A stretch of DNA of 57,855 nucleotides, filler included, from Dugesia japonica (lineage: Eukaryota): NCBI GenBank assembly GCA_001938525.1. It is 6 parts of 6 records of this genome, joined end to end, with 100 filler letters (N's around TTAATTAATTAA, not from the genome) between each part and the next. Parts side by side here need not be neighbours in the genome. Positions count along the whole stretch, not along the records: positions 49,440 to 57,855 come from MQRL01625304.1; 5 more parts are not named here. One strand, 5' to 3'. The notes below the pieces were generated by a model. That model saw only the letters and a program-made list of their open reading frames with translations, was not told the DNA's origin and made no database searches. This document shows, in pieces, positions 51,508 to 57,855 of this stretch. The first letter of the stretch is position 1. Every line of letters starts with the position of its first letter. A program made the position numbers and the translations under genes.

Positions 51508-54500
51508 CTATGTTGCATGTAATGTGTGGTGCCCATATGGTTTGCTTGTGTGCTAATCTATCCACACTCTTTTATCGTCATTATTTGTAAGTGCTAATTT
51601 TGAACTCATAAAACTATAAATCTGATGATTTATAGTTCCTATTGATTAACTAACAGTCTCTTATTTTCGTTGTAAAAATCACGATATGACTGACTCGCTT
51701 TCTTTTAATTTAATTCCTTTAGTCTTCATTGACTCCTTTCCCTAAGAAGACTATAACATTTTGGTCTAAGAAAAACACATTCAGCATATTTCTTACCTTT
51801 ATTCTCATCCTCAAATCTGCGTACAACTGAGTTCCATTCGTTACTGAATAGTGTATGACTTTCACTATAATTTGATGTGTCTAACATATTATCTTGTACC
51901 ATTAGTTCTAAAGGTTTTTCCACCTTTATATCTTTAATTTCTAAAAGGAAACTATCTGTGTCACCAGCCACTATACTAACCTCCCATTTCTGCTCTTTTC
52001 GATACTTCTCAAACTCTACGTACTGCAACTGGTACATTCTTAAATCGATTAATGTCTGTCCTATGTAATTTGATCTATCTAAGAGAACTGTTTCCTTATT
52101 TAGTATAACAGCAATCAAATCATCATCAATTTTGATTGTTTTTCTAAAATGTGATTTTGAAACATAAGTCATAAGTCTTTTAGCTGAGTTACACAACCTT
52201 AAATTTAACCTTTTCTTTAAATTTTCCACTATTTTACCATAAAGACTATTATTTAACAGCTTATAATAACTTTTATCTAAATCCGATTTACTCTCTGATC
52301 TTAATTTTGTGTTCTCATCAATGTTATTCTTATAGATATAGTCCTGATTGAATTACACAGCTCTATGTATTCTTGTAACATGTACACCTAATTGTAAGTA
52401 CATTTGTAGTAGCTTCAAGTGTACCACATAATTCTGTTTTGAATAATTTGTAAGCAATAACTTCTTCGTTTTTGATCCTTGATGACTTAGATGTTCAGCT
52501 GCTACAGGTAAATCACTCAAATATTCATGTAATTCGTGTGGAATTACTATGTCCACTTCCATAGTATAACCATAAGATAGCGAATCCAAATCCAATGTCT
52601 TACATTCTTCTAATATTGTATTCAATCCCGAATGTATCCACTCAAAGTTTTTATGGGGCAACTTTTCACTTAAGGCCCACCCATACAAGTTATTATTAAC
52701 AATATATAGAAGCTCCGTGTTTTCGTTACTTTCGACATAATGCCTGTTAATAAATGTAAGCCCTCCTCTAATTCCCCCTTTGAATATTGTATACATGTCA
52801 TTATCCGTTAATAATTCTATTGGTTCTTTAAGAGTCATCAATGCAGATGCCCATGACATACCTGGTATACCGAGAAAATTCAATGATTCCAACTTATTGT
52901 GAGCTATAGACTTGGCTCGAAATTGCTGAAAGAAATCAGCCAACAAAAAGACATCGAGCTTAAGATAAATAATCATATAATCCAGTAGGTTTTTACAATT
53001 AGTAACCTCCTACATTTCAACCGCTTTAACATATTCTTCTTGACTCACTCCATCTAGAAAAATCCCTTTTGATTTTATAATACGATCATCATTAAACTCT
53101 TCTGTTGTCAAAGGAGTAGTTTTAATTGATTGGACGGCAGCAACTAATGATGAATTAATGAACTGGTGTGAGTCAATGAATTTTATTGTTGTTTTTGATG
53201 CATGAGCAGTAAGACATAAGAACTTCTCAGTTGTTGTAGGAATACATGAGATATTCCATTCTGGGAATTGATTGAGACCCTACTTGAGAATAGGGTGGAG
53301 ATCATATCCTTTCAAATTGTGGAATACAACAGGTAATTCATATCTTATTTTTCTGCTTATGTTACACTTACTGCATGCTAGATCTATATATTTTCCTGTA
53401 AAATGATCATGGTCACGAACTGGTTGCACTATTGATTTGTTATATAAATAACAATATCTTGCCGCTTTGAATGATATTTCTTCTTATAAATTTATTTCCA
53501 TAATCATTTTGCTATTTTCCAAATAATATGGGTATACGACTTCCTTACTAATTTCTTGTTATTTTAATAAAAATTCGAAAATACAGTCTGATCCGATAAA
53601 TTGACTGTATTTGAATTCGTTAGTATAATTATTTATCAACAAAAGTCTAGCTGAAATTGGAATATGTTTTTGATGATAAATCGAATCCTTTTCTAAAACT
53701 GACTCAAAATCAGCATAAATCACGAAAGGTGGAGTCATTGTTTTCTAATAACCTTTGAATATTAATTCTTTTTCTGTCGGCATTTTGTACATAGTTGTAC
53801 CAGTTTGAATTTTGCTGCAAAATGCTTTATGTGTCTGCAAAGCAATATTATTCTTGAATCCATTTAAGCAATTTTGACACCATATTGATCGAATTTGCAC
53901 TCCATTCCTTTTTACGTCTCTATTCATAAGTCTATTTACATGCATCACTGAAGTGTAATGGTAATTTTCTTCATCTTCAAGCAACAAGAGATTAATTTTC
54001 TGCAAGTTCGGATTCTACATAACTATATCATCTTTGCGAACTGTTTTTGAGTTCCAGGAGAAAACATTGATGACATATTCTAGATTTCGCTTCTCAAATT
54101 TCGGGATATTTACCAGCTTCATAGGCATATTCAACTCATCAAATACCAACTCTGTCATATAGTCTTTATATTTTGCTACTTAATGTCGGTATTTTCTAAT
54201 TTCATCTTGCTTAATAACGGCAAGAATGCTATAAATAAAGCATAAATGATCACTATTTTGTACATTAACTATTGCTTTCTTCTTTTCCAAATTTTTAGGA
54301 GTAGGAATATGGCTACTTCCAGAAAGTCTACTAATATTACTAACTTTTGTAATTATAAAGTTTATTTCTAGAATACGGCTAAGAATCCAACTACTACCTA
54401 ATTCACACCTNACTACAATCTTCTCATTTAAATTTCTTATACCTTCTTGGAAAAATTTATCGCTAAGAAGGATAGCTCGATTTGATATCATACAGGTTTT

Positions 54501-55178
54501 AAAATCTACGTCTCTAATAAATTATACACTGATTCCAAATTGAATCTTTACTTCCATCAATTCTTTTAAATAATTTCCCTATTAATATTTCTGAAAATAC
54601 ACTTTCCCTACTATTTCGATGAGATACATCTAACTTAAGTACCTGATGACACCTATACAAATCTGTTTCAATAGTAGGTTCATCTAATGATCCACCAACT
54701 TGTACTCCTCTTAAAAATTCTTTCTCTTCTTCAAAGTATTTTTGGAAAGTTTTATCATCTTCATCAATTCCGCCATAATTTCATTCGTTTTCATCCAAAT
54801 AATTCTTAAAAACTATATCTTCTTTTTCATTCATTTCTACTATAGCCTTATTTTCAACATTTTCCACAGTATTACCTATTGGTTCATCAATTACTAATGG
54901 TTCTGGCCTTACTCTCTTAGTTAATGGAGCGCCTATATCAATCTCTGAAAGTAAGTCCCTTAATAATACTCGGTTTTTAATAATGCCAAATTGCTTAATA
55001 TGGTCTACATGCTCCTTATAAAAACTTTCATATTTACCTACACCTAATGTTTTGCATGTTGGACATGTGTAGTGCTTTATCCCAGAGAATTTCATACCAT
55101 AATATTTCTCCATAGTCTCATGACATTCTCCTTTGTGGACAAAACTCGCGCAATAATGTATATATTGTCTGCATGTTG
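51508..55178 (-). pseudogene. polB: Polinton/Maverick-type protein-primed DNA polymerase B polyprotein, copy F (degraded)
   Basis: Acceptor TTTTCCTTAG at 55179, then TCRQY..H.GECH..CPTCK, GSSWILSRI, NSDHLCFIYSILA, YHYTSV, PFVIYADFES, VRDHDHFTGKY, PVVFHNLKGYD, FIDSHQF, YLKLDVFLLAD, IRGG, NNLYGWA, YKLLNNSLYGK, AGDTDSF, LRPKCY, DDKRVW..PYGH; stop at 51508. Collinear with copy B. Confidence 0.92.
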
Positions 55179-55498
55179 CTAAGGAAAATAGCATATTTAT
55201 ATAAGGTAAAACATAACTGAAAACTATTAAAATGTGATATATTACTATTAAAGATTATAAAAAATATTATTATTAAAAATGTGACAATTATTATCAAAAT
55301 GAAATAAAATATCAAAGTTTTTATTGTTATGTATATTATTATGATTATCAAGGGTTAGAAAAAATTATAGTAAAGGTCAGAAAATGATGTAAAAGAAAAG
55401 AAAAGGTTAGAAAATATAATTATCTAATTGAATTTTGATTACATAATTTCTACCTACATAAAGAAATTAATAATTGTCATTAATCATCAATTTTTGAA

Positions 55499-55775
55499 AT
55501 GGTAAGCTATTTTCTTATTACATACATTTCATTTCATTTATTTTAGAATAATCAAACAGATATTTATTCTAAAATACAAAAATCAATCGACAAAGTATTG
55601 ACTGAAGACAAACTTAAGAGACAAGAAAAAAATTGAATCCAATCAAAAAGAAATGGTAGAAGATTTACTAAAAGATAATGAAAAGCTGAGGAATGATTTG
55701 CATAAGGTAATCGAAATAGCTGACAAGAGGCTGACCATAATTAGGGAATTAAAAATAAATCAATTTTATATTTAA
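55499..55775 (+). pseudogene. Small coiled-coil gene with an intron directly after the start codon (one poly-A frameshift)
   Basis: ATG 55499-55501, 45-nt intron GTAAGC..TTTTAG 55502-55546, then NNQTDIYSKIQKSIDKVLTEDKLKRQEK/IESNQKEMVEDLLKDNEKLRNDLHKVIEIADKRLTIIRELKINQFYI*, with AATAAA overlapping the stop. Confidence 0.55.
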
Positions 55776-55849
55776 TAAAAGATTTAATAATATTTTCGGA
55801 TTGATTTGACTCTTTTTTTTATAGTGGTTATTATTATTATTAGCAAAAT

Positions 55850-56115
55850 AGCAAATATTATTATTATTATTATAAAAATATTATTATTATTATCAAAATA
55901 TTATTATTATCAAAATATTATTATTATCAAAATATTATTATTATTATCAAAATATTATTATTATNNNNNNNNNNNNNNNNNNNNNNNNNNNNTATTATTA
56001 TTATCAAAATATTATTATTATTATCAAAATATTATTATTATTATCAAAATATTATTATTATCAAAATAGCAATAATTTTATTATTATCAAAATATTATTA
56101 ATATTATTATTATTA
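55850..56115. repeat. ATT-based minisatellite (ATCAAAATATTATTATT)n
   Basis: Direct observation. Confidence 0.9.
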
Positions 56116-56279
56116 TCACTATGAAAATGCAAATAATTATTATGAAAAAATATTATCAATAAAAAATGTTTAAAAAAACAAATTTTAATAAAAGTTTAAA
56201 ATAAAAATGAATAATTAAAATCTTAAAATAAAATGGAAATATATTATTATGCATTAAAAATAAATAAAAACTAACGTTT

Positions 56280-56834
56280 ATTATTTAATCCGACCATTTA
56301 CAAAGATGTAGGCATAGAAACAAGCATAAGTGTTACAGCAGCAACCGACATACGATTCACAGTCATATGAGCATTAGGCATAGTGGTTTTTGTCACATTA
56401 ATTAATTCATATTCTACAAATAATAATTATAAAATTTATAAATAAAATACAATAATTTTACTTCATTATTCTTCATCATGTTCATAATAGGTTTAATAGT
56501 TGAATTGTTAGTATTATTGTTAATTCTAAAATAGAAAATTATAATATGTTAAAATAGATAATAAATCTTACGTAATCTATCTCTTCGTTTATTTCTAATT
56601 TGAAATAATTTTAAAAGTAATTACTTTTTATTCAAACATGTGTAAATTAGTCAGCATACATACTATTAAATAATTATTTACAAATCACTATGAATGTGTA
56701 TGAATTCTAAAATACAACAACCTAATATTTTTAATTAATTTTTATTTAAAATAACGCAACGTAATAAATTAGTTGCACATGAACTGTATTGGTTTTACAT
56801 TACCAGTAAATAACAACAAATCAATTGAAAACAT
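56280..56834 (-). pseudogene. Putative multi-exon small gene between protease and polB (possible membrane protein)
   Basis: Intron-like GT-AG segments at 56461-56414 (48 nt), 56571-56526 (46 nt, GTAAG) and 56663-56595 (69 nt, GTATGT). Hydrophobic start MFSIDLLLFT and terminal VAAVTLMLVS; a continuous frame cannot be reconstructed. Confidence 0.35.
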
Positions 56835-56856
56835 AATTTTTGACTAAAAACATTTA

Positions 56857-57260
56857 TTACATACAACAATGTTGATATTTCAACCACAATAAGCAATGCG
56901 GTCCACAGGTCGTTGTAAATGAGTCTTGAAATCGGATTCTATTGAATACAATAGGCTTTAATAATCTTGATAACTGTGAGACCAACATTGGTGAATAAAA
57001 TAAACCAAATGGATCGAATACCAGTATATTTTCTGGCTTATTGTACACTGCTAACCAATGTTCTCCACCAATATTTGATGATTGGGAGTTGACGATTATA
57101 ACTCTATTAACTGGAATAAATGGGATCTTGTCTAATGGATACACCGAAAAAATCTGATCCAAGCCATTTTGTAGCAATTTGATTTATCTAAAATGAACCA
57201 TTAAAAATAAAATCAAAGTAATAATCAAAACTTACTTCATTTTGGTCAACTCTTTTTCAT
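56857..57260 (-). pseudogene. Adenain-type (adenovirus-like) cysteine protease of a Polinton-like element, with a 5' intron
   Basis: IIVNSQSSNIGGEHWLAVY..FDPFG..FQ...TTCGPHCLLWL carries the H-D-Q-C catalytic set. 5' part INQIATKWLGSDFF(G)VYPLD requires a frameshift. A 48-nt GTAAGT..TTTTAG intron at 57235-57188 follows a short ATG exon (57260-57236) that is out of frame as assembled. Confidence 0.85.
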
Positions 57261-57499
57261 GATATTGANNNNNNNNNNNNNNNNNNNNNNNNNNNNNNNN
57301 NNNNNNNNNNNNNNNNNNNNNNNNNNNNNNNNNNNNNNNNNNNNNNNNNNNNNNNNNNNNNNNNNNNNNNNNNNNNNNNNNNNNNNNNNNNNNNNNNNNN
57401 NNNNNAGGCATCTATACAATTTCAAAACATTTGATCAACAAGCTCATATAAAACCATACAAATAATAATAATAATAATATTAATAATAATAATAATAAT

Positions 57500-57740
57500 A
57501 ATAACATATAAAACCCTATAATTCTAAATAGAAACTTTGTAAAAACAATACAAGACCATATAAAACCTTATAATAACCCTATAATAACCATATAAAACTC
57601 TATTAAAATCTTATAATTACTACATAATTACCATATAATTTCCTTATAAAAAGATATATAATTACCATATAAAACTCTATGAAAGTATAATAAAAACATA
57701 TAAAACCTTATAATTGCTCTATAAAAGCCTATAAATATGT
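57500..57740. repeat. Degenerate ~10/21-bp tandem repeat (TAAAACC(A/T)TA)
   Basis: Recurrent TAAAACCTTA, TAAAACTCTA and TTACCATA units. Confidence 0.65.
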
Positions 57741-57855
57741 TTTAACGATTATCTTGAGTGAATTGTGATGGACTATAATAATAAACAATGAGCTAAATTA
57801 CTCACTAGAAGTCTAATAATTTAGTGTTCATTTCAAAGAAATTGAGGTATGTTTT

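Noticed and set aside
13673-55178. The two opposed polB copies as arms of one giant inverted element
   Set aside because: They lie on different contigs separated by artificial linkers and are substantially diverged.

Overview
Very AT-rich, gap-ridden animal genomic DNA with canonical GT-AG introns, mostly 43-48 nt (compatible with a flatworm such as a planarian, but the host cannot be proven from sequence alone). The window is not contiguous. Five identical 100-nt linkers (44 N + TTAATTAATTAA + 44 N) join six contigs: A 1-11067, B 11168-22666, C 22767-31258, D 31359-40017, E 40118-49339, F 49440-57855. Host genes are two exons of a Gi/o-like G-protein alpha subunit (A) and the first five exons of very-long-chain acyl-CoA dehydrogenase (D). 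Decayed transposons include several Ty3/Gypsy remnants, two mariners, a pogo/Tigger element, an IS630/Tc1 DD34E element and a Helitron fragment. Most notable are two related, degraded Polinton/Maverick-like endogenous viral segments (B and F). Both encode a protein-primed PolB with an N-terminal Cys/His domain, duplicated GG-ending acidic repeats, terminal-protein-like and vOTU-like regions, and a non-canonical (A/G)GDTDS motif. F also carries an adenain-type protease. Genes of these elements appear to contain host-sized spliceosomal introns, and copy B has an E2F plus double-CCAAT promoter candidate. Contig E holds a GC-richer cassette of three orphan ORFs, each with its own splice acceptor and AATAAA signal. 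Two copies of a minimal hammerhead-like motif occur in contig C.
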